Source of the DNA: Neophaeotheca triangularis
Lineage: Eukaryota
Direction of reading: 5' to 3'
DNA: 55,680 nucleotides
Assembly: GCA_054600435.1 (NCBI GenBank)
Contig: BAAIJX010000087.1
Location: 1 to 55,680, forward strand
Made by a program: the position numbers and the translations under genes. This document shows positions 55,168-55,680 of this stretch, one piece after another; the stretch's first letter is position 1; every line of letters begins with the position of its first letter. A model generated the notes under the pieces. It was not told the origin of the DNA. It searched no databases and saw only the letters and a list, made by a program, of their open reading frames with translations.

Positions 55168-55680
55168 CGATTGTAACGACCCCCTTCGAACAGATGAAGA
55201 CCTTGAAGACCTGTCCGCGCTTTCGACGCGCCCATACGATGCCCTGGGCGTGGACGTCGACCGCCGTTCCGGGTAAGCACGGATAACAGGAACGCACGGC
55301 ACCACTGCACGAGTGCGAGAGCGCGACATACGGGATGGTCCCTCGCTGGACACGACCGGACGATGTTTTGCCGAGCTGGTGGGGGATGTAGATGTTCTGC
55401 GTTGGTTTTTTTTTTCTCTTTCTGAGTTTAATCTTGTTTTTCCAAAGCGAAGCGGGCGTAAGCATTTACACCGGTTTCCAGGTCTGAGCACTTTGAGCAA
55501 GTCTCGCGTCATGGAAGAGCGGGCTTTGCTATTTTTTTTGAATTTTTTGGGGGTGCGGCTTGTCGTTGAGGCCTCGAGCGGGATGGAATTTACAAGACAG
55601 AGGGATGGAATCCAGACAGTCAGACAAAACAGATTATTGATCATGCCTCTACTTCTCGGGACCTTTCCAACCCCCCCCCC

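Noticed and set aside
54502..55644. 380-aa minus-strand ORF
   Set aside because: Mostly antisense to the phytochrome last exon; low-complexity translation with no domain.

Overview
Gene-dense eukaryotic genomic DNA from a filamentous ascomycete. Short GT-AG introns with CTRAC branch sites, fungal phytochrome, Ric8, Rif1 and an AcuF-type PEPCK point to Pezizomycotina, plausibly a Dothideomycete; that taxon is inferred. Both ends are homopolymer-rich and look like contig edges. Sixteen intact-looking protein genes occur in this order: SDR polyol dehydrogenase, importin beta-4 (KAP123), a nucleotide-sugar/TPT-family transporter, a cytochrome P450, an orphan with a MazF/PemK-like motif pattern, RIC8, RIF1, glucose-6-phosphate 1-epimerase, a Q-rich glycine-zipper protein, GPI-anchored phospholipase B, an HhH-GPD-like protein, a HIRAN-SNF2-RING (HLTF/Rad5-like) gene, BUD22, PCK1/acuF, PAN2 and a flavoprotein-F-box-ankyrin protein, followed by phytochrome as the seventeenth. 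Decayed gene remnants are also present. The best non-ORF discovery is a double-guide box C/D snoRNA in the KAP123 intron. Other highlights are the MazF-like orphan, a catalytically degenerate HAL3/PPCDC-F-box-ankyrin gene head-to-head with phytochrome, CCG-N7-CCG (AcuK/AcuM-type) sites in both the promoter and a long intron of PCK1, and a fossil N-terminal extension of PCK1. No transposon, tRNA, rRNA or CRISPR array was seen. Splice coordinates were derived by eye, and family assignments come from recalled motifs rather than database searches.
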